A stretch of DNA of 64,000 bases from Squalus acanthias (Eukaryota). The stretch is taken from positions 89,716,001 through 89,780,000 of the forward strand of contig CM059432.1 of assembly GCA_030390025.1 (NCBI GenBank), written 5' to 3'. Both the position numbers and the translations under genes were made by a program. The first letter of the stretch is position 1; each line of letters starts with the position of its first letter. Below the pieces are notes generated by a model. The model did no database searches, was not told where the DNA came from, and worked only from the letters and a program-made list of their open reading frames with translations. Below are positions 1-14,268 of the stretch, piece by piece.

Positions 1-1742
1 GACCAATTAAATACATACTTTGGTTCTGTCTTCACAAAGGAGGACTCAAATAAACTCCCAGAGATATCGGGGAACATAGGGTCTAATGGGAGGGAGGAAT
101 TGAATGAAATCAGTATTTGTAGGGAAATGGTGTTAGGGAAATTGATGGGATTGAAGGCCGATAAATCCCCAGGCCTGATAATCTACATCCTAGGGTACTT
201 AAGGAAGCGGCCCTAGAAATAGTAGATGCATTGCTGGTCATCTTTCAAAATTCTATAGACTCTGGAACAGTTCCCATGGATTGGAGGGTAGCGAATGTAA
301 CCCCACTATTTAAAAAAGGTGGTCGAGAGAAAACGGGGAATTATAGTCCGGTAAGCCTGACATCGGTAGTGGGGAAAATGCTAGAGTCCATTATAAAAGA
401 TGTCATAGCAGAGCACTTGGAAAACAGTGACAGGATCAGACAAAGTCAACATGGATTTACAAAAGGTAAATCATGCCTGACTAATCTACTGGAATTTTTT
501 GAGATGTAACTGGTAGAATAGATAAGGGAGAACCAGAGGATGTGGTGTATTTGGACTTTCAGAAGGCTTTCGATAAGGTCCCGCATAAGAGATTAGCGTG
601 CAAAGTTAAAGCACATGGGATTGGGGGTAAGGTACTGATTTGGATAGAGAACTGGTTGGAAGACAGGAAGCAAAGAGTTGGAATAAACGGATCTTTTTCC
701 GAGTGGCAGGCAGTGACTAGTGGGGTACTGCAGGGATTGGTGCTAGGACCCCAGCTATTCACAATATATATTAACGATCTACACAAGGGAACTAGATGTA
801 ATATCTCTAAGTTTGCAGATGACACAAAGCTGGGTGGGCGTGTGTGCTGTGAGGTGGATGCAGAGAAACTCCAGTATGATTTGGACAGGTTGGGTGATTG
901 GGCAGATGCATGGCAGATGCAGTATAATGTGGATAAATGCGAGGTTATCCACTTTGGTGGCAAATACAGGAAGACAGATTATTATCTGAATGGCAACAGA
1001 TTGGGAAAAGGGGAAGTGCAATGAGATCTGGGAGTCCTTGTGCACCAGTCGCTGAAGGTAAGCATGCAGGTACAGCAGGCAGTTACGAAGGCAAATGGTA
1101 TGTTGGCCTTCATAGCGAGAGGATTCGAGTACAGGAGCAAGGATGTCTTGCTGCAGTTGTACAGGGCCTTGGTGAGACCACACCTTGAGTATTGTGTGCA
1201 GTTTTGGTCGCTTTATCTGAGGAAGGATGTTCTTGCCATGGAGGGAGTGCAGCGAAGATTTACCAGACTGATACCTGGGATAGCAGGAATGACGTATGAA
1301 GAGAGATTGGGTCGATTAGGCTTATATTCGCTAGAGTTTAGAAGAATGAGAGGGATCTCATTGAAACTTATAAAATTCTAACAGGACTAGACAGACTAGA
1401 TGTAGGAAGGATGTTCCTGATGGCGGGGGAATCCAGAACCAGAGGTCACAGTCTAAGGATAAGGGGTAAACCATTTAGGACTGAGATGAGGAGGAATTTC
1501 TTCACCCAGAGAGTGGTGAACCTGTGGAATTCTCTACCACAGAAGGCAGTTGAGGCCAATTCAGTAAATATATTCAAGAAGGAGATAGATATATTTCTTA
1601 AGGCTAAAGGGATCAAGGGATATGGGGAGAAAGCAGGGACAGGGTACTGAATTTGGATGATCAGCCATGATCTCATTAAATGGCGGAGCAGGCTCGAGGG
1701 GCTGAATGGCCTACTCATGCTCCTATCTTCTATGCTTCTATG
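1..1742 (+). mobile_element. CR1-clade LINE family A (HER1-like), cut by window start, degraded RT plus 3' tail
   Basis: ORF fragments with YLDFQKAFDKVPH, GVLQG-VLGP and KFADD RT motifs. Tail GATCAGCCATGATC...GGCCTACTC..CTCCTAT ends in TTCTATG repeats. Stops and frameshifts present. Confidence 0.95.
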
Positions 1743-2269
1743 AAGTCCTTGCTCAAGTCAGTAGTATTTTACAAGTAAGTCCATGTCCATAGTGTTTCAA
1801 CATCATTTAAATCTATACATTTTTCAGCAAACACTCAGTGAATTGAACAAGCTTCCTGTAATTTAATTATTTACTGTTACTTGGCTGGCATACTCTAAAT
1901 GCTGGTGAATAGAGGCCCAAGTCTGTTAATCATAAATTAGCAAATACAATACAAACCTCTTTACAAAAACCAAGCCAAATGTATCATACAGCGTGTTTAA
2001 TTTTAAACGAGAATTAATTTACTTCTCTTTCTTCATTTGAATGATAACTCAATCAACTGTATTTACAATGATTTTTAAATGACTAGCATAAATGCCTAGT
2101 AACATATACTGTTGTCATTTTGTTCTGGGCAATCCTATAAACTTCTGCTGCCAAATGATATTCAGATTATCTTAAATAATTAAAAAAAAAAAAATTGCAG
2201 AATAATTTAAAACAAATCACACCAAAAAAATTACACCTAAATGCAATCCTAGACTTTTAAACACCATCA

Positions 2270-2659
2270 GCCCCACTAACAAACAGCGTAGATGGCTAAA
2301 GATCGGGAGAATCCTCATGGAATTTCCAGGCCTTAGTGTTGTCTGGTGGATTTATTTATTTTTTGTCTTATAATACTCCTGTGAAGCGCCTTGGGACGTT
2401 TTACTACGTTAAAGGTGCTATATAAATACAAGTTGTTGTTGTTGTTTCAAATGATAAAGTCCCATCTGTAAACACAGTGGGGGTAAGTTTCTGCAGGAAT
2501 TCTCCCACTCGCCTGCCATAACCTCCAAAGTACGAATCCTAAAATAATACATTTAACCTTACATTATAGGCCCTGCAACCCAATTGTCTCCTTTCCTGCT
2601 TAACACTACGTGCCCTACTCTCCCGCATTAGGCACATTTCCAACACGATAGCTGTATAG
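2270..2659 (+). repeat. Local direct duplication, copy 1 (paralogue of 8340-8642)
   Basis: Near-identical to 8340-8642 (e.g. CAAATGATAAAGTCCCATCTGTAAACACAGTGGGGGT, ending ATAGCTGTATAG). Only this copy carries an L2-tail insert. Confidence 0.9.
2356..2444 (+). mobile_element. Short L2-type 3' tail insertion
   Basis: CTCCTGTGAAGCGCCTTGGGACGTTTTACTACGTTAAAGGTGCTATATAAAT..(GTT)n matches the L2 end at 6200-6270 and is absent from the paralogue at ~8420. Confidence 0.85.
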
Positions 2660-3274
2660 CATCAGGAACATTTGACTCATAAACAAAGCAGTGAATTGGA
2701 AGCTTTAGAGTCAGTGATGAAAGTACATTTATAAAACTTTAGTCATCTGGGAGAGTCATATTTCCACAGTTTGCCATGTAATCAGTCAGAATACTTGTAA
2801 TATTTACCCAATAGACACAACGCCCTAGTTTCTAAAAATACACTTGACTGTTCTTCTACCTGTATTGAGGCACTTTCTGACGGTAGTAGTGCATTTATGG
2901 CCTGGTGTGTTCTATGTGACGTTGCAGTAAGAAAAACTGAGATGGTAAGAGAAGTTTTTCTTTGATTACGACACTTGCTGATTTTAAAAAGCACTTGTGT
3001 GTGTGTGAAATTCAAGCTGACATGGCTTACTGATGAAAAAATTGCCTTTGGGGCCAAGATGGTTTGGTGAATTTAATATTTAACTCCTGCTTAAGGGATT
3101 TTCTATGGTAGGCATCATTTTGGGAGTGGGATGAGAAGCAGCTTAAGTAACATAATAGCAAGTGCCAAAGTACTCCCAGTGAATTAAAATAAACTAAATC
3201 AATAAATAAACTTCAATATAGAACAGGCCTTGGAGATCCGTAGTATCCTGGTTGTCTACCGCCCACTCAAGTAC

Positions 3275-5217
3275 CCTGGTTCAATGAGGAGTATAGAAGA
3301 GCATGCCAGGAGCAGCACCAGTCGTACCTAAAAATGCGGTACCAACCTGGTGAAGCTGCAACACAGGACTACATACATGCTAAACAGCGAAAGCAGCATG
3401 CTATAGACAGAGCTAAGCAATTGCCACAACCAATGGATCAGATCAAAGCTCTGCAGTCCTGCCACATCCAGTCGTGAATGGTGGTGGACAATTAGACAAC
3501 TAATGGGAGGAGGAGGCTCCATGAACATCCCCATCCTCAATGATGGCAGAGCAAAAGCCAAGGTTGATGTGTTCGCAACCATCTTCAGCCAGAAGTGTCG
3601 AGTGGATGATCCATATCGACCTCTTCCCAAGGTCTCCACCATCACAGAAGCCAGTCTTCAGTCAATTCCAACAATTCCAACAACATCCCAGCTGTTGTGC
3701 TGAAGACTTGTGCTCCAGCACTAGCCGTGCTGCTAGCCAAGCTGTTCCAGTACAGCTACAACACTGGCATCTACCTGACAATGTGGAAAACTGCCCAGGT
3801 ATGTCCTGTTAACAAAAAGCAGGACAAATCCAATCTGGCCAATTACCGCCTCATCAGTCTGCTCTCAATCATCAGCAAAGTGGTGGAAGGTCTCATCAAC
3901 AGTGCTATCAAGCAGCACTTACTCACCAATAAACTGCTCACCGACGCTCAGCTTGAGTTCCGCCAAGACCACTCGGCTTCAGGCCTCTTTACAGCCTTGG
4001 ACCAAACATGGGCAAAAGAGCTGAATTCCAGAGGTGAGGTGAGAGTGACTGTCCTTGACATCAAGCCAGCACTTGACCAAGTGTGGCATCACAGAGCCCT
4101 AGTAAAATTGAAGTCAATGGGAATCAGGAGGAAAACTCTCCACTAGCTGGTGTCATACCTAACACAAAGGAAGATGGTTCTGATTGTTGGAGGCCAATCA
4201 TCACAGCCCCAGGACATCACTGCAGGAGTTCCTCAGGGCAGTGTCCTAGGCCCAACCATCTTCAGCTGCTTCATCAATGACCTTCCCTCCAACATAAGGT
4301 CAGAAATGGGGATGTTCGCTGATGACTGCAAAGTGTTCACCGCCATTCACAACTCCTCAGATAATGAAGCAGTCCATGCCCGCATGCAGCAAGACCTGGA
4401 CGACATTCAGACTTGGCTGATAAGTGGCAAGTAACATTTGTGCCACACAAGTGCCAGGTAATAACCATCTCCAAAAAGAGAGAGTCTAACCACCGCCCCT
4501 TGACATTCAATGGGATTACCATTGCCGAATCCCCCACCATCAACATCCTGGGGGTCACCATTGACCAGAAACTTAACTGGACTAGCCACATAAATACTGT
4601 GGCTACAAGAGCAGGTCAGAGGCTAGGTATTCTGCGGCGAGTGACTCACCCCGTCCTGACTCCCCAAAGCCTTTCCACCATCTACAAGGCACAAGTCAGG
4701 AGTATGATGGAATACTCTCCACTTGCCTGGATAGGCGCAGCTCCAACAACACTCAAGAAGCTCGACATCATCCAAGGCAAAGCAGCCCGCTTGATTGGTA
4801 CACCAACCACCACCTTAAACATTCACTCCCTCCACCACCGGCGTACTGTGGCTGCAGTGTGTACCATCTACAAGATGCACTGCAGCCACTTGCCAAGGCT
4901 TCTTCGGCAGCACCTACCAAACCCACAACCTCTACTGCCTAGGAGGACAAGGGCAGCAGGCACGTGGGAACACCATCACCTCCAAGTTCCCCTCCGAATC
5001 ACACACCATCCTGATTTGGAAATATATCGCCGATCCTTCATCATCTCTGGGTCAGAATACTGGAACTCCCTCCCTAATGGCACTGTGGGAGTACCTTCAC
5101 CTCACAGATTTCAGCGGTTCAAGAAGGCAGCTCACCACCTTCTCAAGGGCAACTAGGATGGGCAATTAATGCTGGCCTTGCCAGCGACGCCCACATCCCA
5201 TGAACGAATAAAAAAAA
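3275..5217 (+). mobile_element. LINE family B (CR1/L2 group), 5'-truncated copy
   Basis: RT motifs NYRLISLLS, GVPQGSVLGP and MFADD. Tail GGATGGGCAATTAATGCTGGCCTTGCCAGCGACGCCCACATCCCATGAACGAATA(n). Confidence 0.92.
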
Positions 5218-6270
5218 TCTGTCTCTAAAATGTCAGACTGCTTGTCCAACATCTAGTACTGGATGACCAGAAATTTCCTCCAACTAAATACTGGGAAGAC
5301 TGAAGCCATTGCCTTTGGTCCTTGCCACAAACTCCGTTCCCTTGCCAATGACTCCATCACTCTCCCTGGCAATTGTCCACGGTTGAACCAGACTGTTCGC
5401 AACCTTGGTGTCATATTTGACCCTGAGTTGAGCTTCCGATCACATATCCATGCCATCATTAAGACCGCCTATTTCCACCTACGGAACATCGCCCGTCTCC
5501 GCCCTTGCCTCAGCTCATCCGCTGCTGAAACCCTCATCCATGCCTTTGTTACCTCTAGACTTGACTATTCCAATGCACTCCTGGCTGGCCTCCCACATTC
5601 TACCCTACGTAAACTTGAGGTGATCCAAAACTCGGCTGCCCGTGTCCTAACTCGCACCAAGTCTTGTTCACCCATCAGCCCTGTGCTTGCTGACCTACAT
5701 TGGCTCCCAGTTAAGCAACGCCTCGATTCTAAAATTTTCATCCTTTTTTTCAAATCCCTCCATTGCCTCGCCCCTCCCTATCTCTGTAATCTCCTCCAAA
5801 CCTACAACCAATGTTCCTTCTAATTTTTTTTTATGTGTGGTCCCTTTAAATTTGCTGCGCAGTATCTTCTCCAGCATCAACAGCTGGTGAGCGGCCTGCG
5901 CGGGACCTCCCAATCGATGCGCGGTCGCGTGCCCGCACAGCTTAGGGGGAAAATAGCCTAAAACCCTCCGAGATATCTGCGCTCCTCTAATTCTAGCCTC
6001 TTGAGCATCTCTGATTTTAATTGCTCCACCATTGGTGGCCGTGCCTTCAGCTGCCACGGCCCTAAGCTCTGGAATTCCCTCCCTAAACCTCTCCGCCTCT
6101 CTACCTCTCTTTTCTCCTTTAAGATGCTGCTTAAAACCTACCTCTCATCTGCCCTAATATCTCCTTATGTGGCTCGGTGTTAAATTTTGTTTTATAACGC
6201 TCCTGTGAAGCGCCTTGGGGCATTTTATTCCATTAAAGGCGCTATATAATCACAAATTGTTGTTGTTGTT
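5218..6270 (+). mobile_element. L2-clade LINE 3' fragment
   Basis: ORF 5263-5823 has NFLQLNTGKTE, RNLGVIFD, SRLDYSNALL and LHWLPVKQR, typical of the L2 RT C-terminus. (GTT)n tail. Confidence 0.92.
5809..5956. mobile_element. hAT-like MITE inserted in the L2
   Basis: Imperfect TIR CAATGTTCCTTCTAA / TTAGGGGGAAAATAG. 8-bp TSD CCTACAAC (5801-5808) / CCTAAAAC (5957-5964). Confidence 0.75.
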
Positions 6271-6337
6271 TGGAGCGTAAAATATTCTTGTCTAATAAGG
6301 CACATGCTCACACACCTTGGCAAGCTACAGTCACAAT

Positions 6338-8104
6338 GGCCGCGATTTCACCAGCCGTGGCAAGTCCGGTGCAGACAGCGGCCTCAAACTCTGCACCCGT
6401 CGTCATCCCGCCTCCTCCAAGTGATTTTTCCCTGATTGGGCTTGTTAAGTCCACCCTGCGAGGTTCCCGGCCAATTAAAAGGAAGCTGGTCTGATGACGT
6501 CATTTGATGATGTGTCATCAGCCGGTTTCCTTAAAGGGGCCATGTCCACATTCATTTTGTCAGTTGTGCTGTCAGTGTTCTGCAGCATTGAGGTGCTGCA
6601 AACACTGACAAGCACTGCACAAAGGTGCACGGCTGCACCCAGGCTCTCCCATGACTCCCTCCATATGCTTATGGAGGGAGTCACAGCACGCAGGGAGGTT
6701 CTCTTCCCTTCCAATGGGCAGAAAACACCTCCCCAGGACACCAACGCAGCCTGGTTGCACATTGCACAGGAGGGCACAAGCCAGGATGTCGTCAAGAAGA
6801 CCAGGCTGCAGTGGCGCAAACCTTTCAATGATCTCAGTAGATTACTGCCAAGTCACACTCAACCTCATCCTGCTATGCCACTCATCGCATCCCCATCACT
6901 CTACCTTCCCTACCCTATTCCTGCACATCTTTACTCACACCAACTTACCTTGAACCTCCACCTATCCCTCTCTATCTACATTATCACTTCACCATCTCAC
7001 TAGCCACCCCTCACACTCACCCTCATCCTAGTCCAATCATACCAACTAACAACACACAAGGGTAAGCACTTGGGTGGTTTAGCCAATGTTCATGGTTTCT
7101 GGTAATATGCTGTCAAACATTGAAATCTTTATTTTCAACACTTTGCATTCTTGGACAGATATGTGTGCACCTTTGGAAGTGGCTTAGTGAGTTGCAGTGA
7201 ATGGTGAGACATAACAGTACCTCCCGCAATGGTGATGAGTGTGAAAGGAATGGCTTGGGCTTTGTATTGATGCTTTATGGTGCTGGTCTGGGGTGGTGCC
7301 AACCTGGTGCATCATGTGGCAGCCAGGGTGTACAGTGTTAAGTGAAGCTAATCTGAACATGGTGAGGCCATCGTTGGTGTCCCGGGCAGCAATGTGCACG
7401 GGTGATGATGCCCTGTGTCCAGGGCAGCATCAGTTGATTGCGGAGAAGGTTGGTGTGGATGTTTGTGCTGCTGGTGTGCCCGGTGATGCTGGTGTTGGGG
7501 CTGATCGTGTTGGGATTCTGAGGACCAAGGTGAGATTTTTTCAAGGGCACCGATGCTGATGGAATAGATGGCAGATGAGGTTCAGATAACAGAAGTAATC
7601 TGTCAATGTTGATATAGGTTGTTCCAAGGAGGTGACAGTGGATAGAGAGATTACTCCAAACACTTCAAAAGTGCATAAAGCTCAAAAGTGGGTTCCAAAT
7701 CATTAATGCTCCAGCTTCTAAGATTGGGAAGTGAACAGCTGTGAAATGGTAGGTTTTATACCACTTTTGCAGCTTTCACCTATTCACAGCAATGGAGAGT
7801 CATTGAAAACCCAATATACTTACCTGATGTGATAGCTGCTCTCTGGGAACCTCATTGAAGACCTGGTAAAATGGTAAGTACATGGGAAAATGGTTCTTAA
7901 CTACCTTTTAATAAGCTTTTAACTATCTAAATTGGCTGACCCGCCGCTTGGTGTCGGGTCTGTTCAGGGATGACAGACCCAACACTTGGGAAACTGACAA
8001 GGAGGCGGGTTTACAGCAGGATACCGACCTGCTGTCAATCTTTGTGATTTTTACAGCAGACCCGCCTCCAAACCTGTACTCTGAGCGCTGGTAAAATTCC
8101 GGCC
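6338..8104. mobile_element. Non-autonomous PIF/Harbinger derivative
   Basis: TIRs GGCCGCGATTTCACCAGC / GCTGGTAAAATTCCGGCC. Contains a Myb/SANT-like coding remnant. Confidence 0.75.
6600..6840 (+). pseudogene. Harbinger Myb/SANT-like DNA-binding protein remnant
   Basis: APRLSHDSLHMLMEGVTARREVLFP...AWLHIAQ...RLQWRKPFNDL fits the Myb_DNA-bind_5 pattern. Confidence 0.7.
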
Positions 8105-8274
8105 AAAGTGTGGAATGAGGTCTTTAAATTATGACTTGGCACTTCACTTGGCACCTGGCACGATGAAGAATTCAATATGTGGGTAATTGCACCTCCATCC
8201 TAACAGCCCATAGCACAGTAAGTTCAAATGTGCTTTGTTACTGTGATCTGTGGCACAGGATCTTTAAAGTTTAT

Positions 8275-8400
8275 GGCCCTGAAATTCCACAGTGATTCTC
8301 CCAACTCTCCGCTGTAATTTCGACGGGAGCTTGATCGAAGCCCCAGAGAAACAGTGTAGATGCCTAAAGATTGGGAGAATCCTCATGGAATTTCCAGGCT
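8275..8400. mobile_element. Small MITE with Harbinger-type TIRs
   Basis: GGCCCTGAAATTCCACAGTGATTCTCCCAA is the imperfect inverse of TTGGGAGAATCCTCATGGAATTTCCAGGCT. No clear TSD. Confidence 0.7.
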
Positions 8401-8642
8401 CAGTGTTGTTTGGTGGATTTTTTAAATTTCCAAATGATAAAGTCCCATCTGTAAACACAGTGGGGGTGAGTTTCTGCAGGAATTCTCCCACTCGCCTACC
8501 GAAACCTTCAAAGTAATAATCCTAAAATAACACATTTAACCTTACATTATAGAGTCTGCATCCCAATTGTCTCCTTTCCTGCTTAACACTACGTGCCCTA
8601 CTCTCCCGCATTAGGCACATTTCCAACATGATAGCTGTATAG
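8340..8642 (+). repeat. Local direct duplication, copy 2 (paralogue of 2270-2659)
   Basis: Direct sequence comparison with 2270-2659. Confidence 0.9.
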
Positions 8643-10448
8643 GTAGAAGAGCCACAGAAACCCTGGAAAAACCCTGAGATAAAGTGTTGATGCCGTTTTT
8701 CTGGGGTTTTGGCACCTCTTCTATTGAAGTTTCAGTGGATGAGTTGCAGAGCCCCCGTGTAAATCCATCCCCCAGTGATATCTTGCCACTGAATGTCAAT
8801 GTGCTAATATGATTTATACATGTGTGCATTAGAGGCATCACATATTTTGCTTTGAGAAGATCTGGAAGTGTTCCCTGTTTCAAAGTACAGAACAGAAGAG
8901 ATTTTGAGGTTGATTTTATTGCTCAGTAGCTTGTTTTCAGACCCAGACCCCAAACTGAGATAGAATGGAATTCCTCACCTTACAACCACCGCACCCCACC
9001 GCACCTGCCCCTCTATCCCCCACCCCGAATAGCACCTCATCCTGGTCCATAACATTTTCTGTTTGGGCCTGAGTCAGGCCATGGAAGCTGGCCAAGGCAT
9101 GTGGGACTTTATTAGGATATGCAAAATATGGTGGGGAATGACACTGCTCCATTTAACAGGAAGTTGGCGTACTGGATGCCAAGTCCCCAGCACACCCAGA
9201 AAATCTGTTGAGAATGGAGCCTCAGGGTAGACTTCCAAAATGGCCAATGATTTCAATGGGAAAGATTTTTCGACTGTTCTGGGCCTTATGTGTTAATTGG
9301 GTTTTGTTTCTGCTTATTTTTGTTTCAATTTTTTTTTGCCTCAAGCTCCCTTTACTGACACCAATGGGTTTACCAAGAGTCTGAGCTGATGCCCTTGGAA
9401 GAAGATGAGGACTTGCAGATGATACCAGGCAGGTGAGGCTGCCCAAGTGGTTTGTACTCTCCCACTGGCACCCATGCAACCACATCTGCAGAGATATGTG
9501 AAATGACCTCATTTTGCCAGACATTGTTCCCAAAGGAAGGTGTGCCAACAGATCCCAGTGGAGTCACTATTAGCTGTGAATGTCGAAACTAACTATTTTG
9601 CTGGAAGGTTCCTCAGAAGCACCACAATCACAGCATATCATGCTTTGCATGGTATTACATGAAAGAAGGCATGCCAGGGTGGTCAATAGCCAGCACTGCC
9701 TAATTGGCCACCTCTGTCAAGATGCCCCCAAGCATTTCTGCCCACCTAACTGGGAATAACTTGTTTTCTCAGGGACAGAGAGGCTGATGCCATGCACCTA
9801 CAACAACCTTGCAGCATATTGTTGGCACATGTAAGGATATGCAGGACAGTCAGGATCCGCTGTGGCCTGAAATGTGGCGCGAATGCGAACCAATAAGTAC
9901 GGTACTGTGGAGAGGGAGAGAGAGCAACTCTCCTCGCAAGCACTTCATACAGCTGCCATCAAACACGGGGGTGAGGTGCAGGTCTATTCTATTACTCCTT
10001 CAGGAAAAAAGGATAGAAAAAGGTAGGAACAAAAAACATTCCAAGCCTCAGGCATTGCCTATCAATTGATGGACACTGTAGACCTTGAAAAAACACAATG
10101 GACCAATTTTTTTCTGTAGGGTTGCTGCTGACATCAACTTAAGAGATAAGCAAAAGTCAGAACTCTGCCATTAAAACCCCAGCATGATCAAGGATTTCTA
10201 AAAGAAGAAGCATCTCACTGTAAATAAAAGTAGGTGCAGTGCAGCTCAATGGCATGTCTGTCACAAGTGCAGAATCGAGTTTAAAAATGAAGTCTTTGTG
10301 AAGTGAAATGAAGATTGTACTTTTTAATATGAATTCAAGGTTAATTGTTTCAAGGTTCACAAAATTACCTGTATACAATGGGTTTAAAGAGGTACCAAAG
10401 TCCATTAGTGAAGTCCTTCCTTTCATTAGAATGCACACCTTTCTCAAA

Positions 10449-10995
10449 TCATACAATCATAGAATGATGCAGCATAGAAGGAGGCCATTCGGCCCATCAT
10501 GCCTGAGTCAGCTCTTTGAAAGAGCTGTCCAATTAGTCTCACTCCCAGAGCCCTGCAAATTTTCCAATTCAAGTATTTATCCAATTCCCTTTTGAAAGTT
10601 ACTATTGAATCTGCTTCCATCACCCTTTCAGGCATGGCAACTCACTGCTTAATTGTCTTTCCTCACGTCATTTCTGGTTCTTTTGCCAACCACCTTAAAT
10701 CTGTGTCCTCTAGTTACCAACCCATCTGCCACTGGAAACAGTTTCTCCTTATTTACTCAATCAAAATCCTTCATGATTTTGAACACCTCTATCGAATCTC
10801 CACTTAACCTTCTCTGCTCTAAGGAGAACAACCCCAATTTCTCTGATCTTTCCGCGTAACTGAAGTCTTTCATCCCTGGTACCATTCCAGTAAATCTCCT
10901 CTGCATCCTCTCTTACGGCCTTGACAACCTTCCTAAAGTGTGGTGCCCAGAATTGACCACAATACTCCAGCTGGGGTCGAACCAGTGTTTTATAA
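10449..10995 (-). mobile_element. CR1 subfamily C, 3' fragment
   Basis: YKTLVRPQLEYCGQFWAPH on the minus strand. Tail matches 40040-40153 in reverse. Confidence 0.88.
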
Positions 10996-12010
10996 ATGGG
11001 CAACGTCTTCATGATGTGGACAAGCCTTTGCTCATCTATTTACAAACATATGATGCAGTGACATAAATCATGTCAAAATGCATCATTACAAGACTTGCAT
11101 GTAACATCATGATGAATGACAAATTCCACTTCTGGCTTTCATCACTCCCCAAGGAAAATAAGTTTTGCCAACCACTTTTTCATGAAGATTCTGCCCCTTT
11201 AATTATTATGATCTTTACCCAGCTGCTTTGTATTCTCTTTGTTAGGTCATTGTGTGCTGTCTTATTTTGGGCCTCCTAGATTGCTTTGGCACGTAATTCT
11301 TATTAAGAATTATGGGTAAACATCACCATGGATTCACAGTTTCTGTGTCAAGCCCCTTTCATTGCATTATTTTCATTTCAGTAACAAAACTGATGTCCTG
11401 GGCTTTACAATATGAAACAAGCTTTACATGTGAATTATGAGTCCGTCGTGACATAATTTACCCATAAATCTCAGCAGGAAACAAATATGGCAACCGAGAA
11501 GGCCAGAATAAGTGAATACATGATCCTTTGATCAAAGAAATATGAAACAGCTGAGAAAAAAATCTGAATAATTAAGTAGGGAGAACAGTGTGAAATTTCA
11601 TTCACCTTAATCATGAAGTATCTGGGCTAAAAATTCGAGGGCTTAACGCCACCCGTTACCAGCAAAAAATGGCAAGAAGAGGGGGGCCACCTCTCTTTCA
11701 CCAGCTGGTGGTGGGTCCTGCGGCGTCCTCCATTTTCCTAGGCCCAGTAGGGCTGCCGTTAAGAAGTATTGCCCTGCAAAGAAAAATGGCGAAGTGGCGA
11801 CGTCACACGCCGACTTAACGCCACCACGACGAACGTCGACCCTAGCACAGATTTCAGGGCTGGGTCCTAAACACGCCAGGTAAACCCAGCGTGCAAGCAG
11901 ACTCACAGAGGTGCTGTCAGTACCTCTTAAAGGGACATGCACATGTTTCAGGTAAGTTTGCATTTAAGCTTTTGGACTGTGTTTTTTTGATTTTACTGAA
12001 GTAGTGTCAT

Positions 12011-14268
12011 ACATAGAAACATAGAAACATAGAAGATAGGAGCAGGAGTAGGCCATTCGGCCCCTCGAGCCTGCTCCGCCATTCAATGCGATCATGGCTG
12101 ATCATCCAAATTCAGTACCCTGTCCCTGCTTTCTCCCTATATCCCTTGATCCCCTTAGCATTAAGAAATATATCTAACTCCTTCTTGAATATATTTAATG
12201 AATTGGCCTCAACTGCCTTCTGTGGTAGAGAATTCCACAGGTTCACCACTCTCTGGGTGAAGAAATTCCTCCTCATCTTAGTCCTAAATGGCTTACCCCT
12301 TATCCTTAGACTGTGACCCCTGGTTCTGGACTCCCCCGCCATCGGGAACATCCTTCCTGCATCTAGTCTGTCTAGTCCTGTTAGAATTTTATAAGTTTCA
12401 ATGAGATCACCTCTCATTCTTCTAAACTCGAGCGAATATAAGCCTAATCGACCCAATCTCTCTTCATACGTCATTCCTGCCATCCCAGGTATCAGTCTGG
12501 TGAATCTTCGCTGCACTCCCTCCATGGCAAGTACATCGTTCCTCAGATAAGGCGACCAAAACTGCACACAATACTCAAGGTGTGGTCTCACCAAGGCCCT
12601 GTACAACTGCAGCAAGACATCCTTGCTCCTGTACTCGAATCCTCTCGCTATGAAGGCCAACATACCATTTGCCTTCTTAACCGCCTGCTGCACCTGCATG
12701 CTTACCTTCAGCGACTGGTGCACAAGGACACCCAGGTCTCGTTGCACTTCCCCTTTTCCCAATCTCTTGCCGTTCAGATAATAATCTGTCTTCCTGTTTT
12801 TGCCACCAAAGTGGATAACCTCGCATTTATCCACATTATAGTGCATCTGCCATGCATCTACCCAATCACCCAACCTGTCCAAATCATACTGGAGTTTCTC
12901 TGCATCCTCCTCACAGCACACACGCCCACCCAGCTTTGTGTTGTCTGCAAACTTAGAGATATTACATCTAGTTCCCTCATCTAGATCATTAATATATATT
13001 GTGAATAGCTGGGGTCCTAGCACCGATCCCTGCGGTACCACACTAGTCACTGCCTGCCACTCGGAAAAAGACCCGTTTATTCCAACTCTTTGCTTCCTGT
13101 CTGCCAACCAGTTCTCTATCCAAGTCAGTACCTTACCCCCAATCCCATGTGCTTTAACTTTGCACGCTACTCTCTTATGCGGGACCTTATCGAAAGCCTT
13201 CTGAAAGTCCAAATACACCACATCTACTAGTTCTCCCTTCTCTATTCTACCAGTTACATCCTCAAAAAATTCCAGTAGATTAGTCAAGCATCATTTACTT
13301 TTTGTAAATCCATGTTGACTTTGTCCGATCCTGTCACTGTTTTCCAAGTGCTCTGCTATTACATCTTTTATAATGGACTCTAGCATTTTCCCCACTACCG
13401 ATATCAGGCTTACCGGTCTATAATTCCCCGTTTTCTCTCTACCACCTTTTTTAAATACTGGAGTTACATTAGCTACCCTCCAATCCATGGGAACTGTTCC
13501 AGAGTCTGTAGAATTTTGGAAGATGACCAGCAATGCATCTACTATTTCTAGGGCCACTTCCTTAAGTACCCTAGGATGTATATTATCAGGCCCTGGGGAT
13601 TTATCGGCCTTCAATTCAGTCAACTTCCCTAACACCATTTCCCTACAAATACTGATTTCATTCAGTTCCTCCCTCTCATTAGACCCTATGTTCCCCGACA
13701 TCTCTGGGAGGTTATTTGTGTCCTCCTTTGTGAAGACAGAACCAAAGTATGTATTTAATTGGTCAGCCATTTCTTTGTTCCCCATTATAAATTCCCCTGA
13801 TTCTGACTGCAAGGGACCTACGCTTGACTTCACCAATCTTTTTCTCTTCACATATCTATAGAAGCTTTTACAGTCAGTTTTAATGTTCCCTGCAAGCTTA
13901 CTCTCATATTATATTTTCCCCCTCTTAATTAATCCCTTTGTCCTCCTTTGCTGAATCCTAAACTGCTCCCAATCCTCAGGTTTGCTGCTTTTTCTGGCCA
14001 ATTTATATGTCCTCTCCTTGGATCTTATGCTATCCCTAATTTCCCTTGTTAGCCATGGTTGAGTCACCTTTTTTGTTTTATTTTTATGCCAAACAGGGAT
14101 GAACAAATTCTGTAGTTCATCCATGCGATGTTGAAATGTTTGCCATTAACGCTTTAAGTAACGTTCCGCAATCCATCCTAGCCAACTCGCGCCTCATACC
14201 ATCGTAGTTTCCTTTATTTATATTCAGTTGCCTAGTCTCTGAGTCAACTACTTCACTCTCCATCTTAA
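12011..14268 (-). mobile_element. CR1 family A copy, 5'-truncated, inserted in H1
   Basis: RT ORF 12112-13287 open for 391 aa, continued by 13291-13851 and 13909-14124. (CATAGAAA)n tail at 12011-12035. Confidence 0.95.

Noticed and set aside
559..1183. Antisense ORFs recurring in CR1 copies (also 12580-13204, 36551-37167)
   Set aside because: Shadow frames of the RT coding strand that recur only because the copies are homologous.
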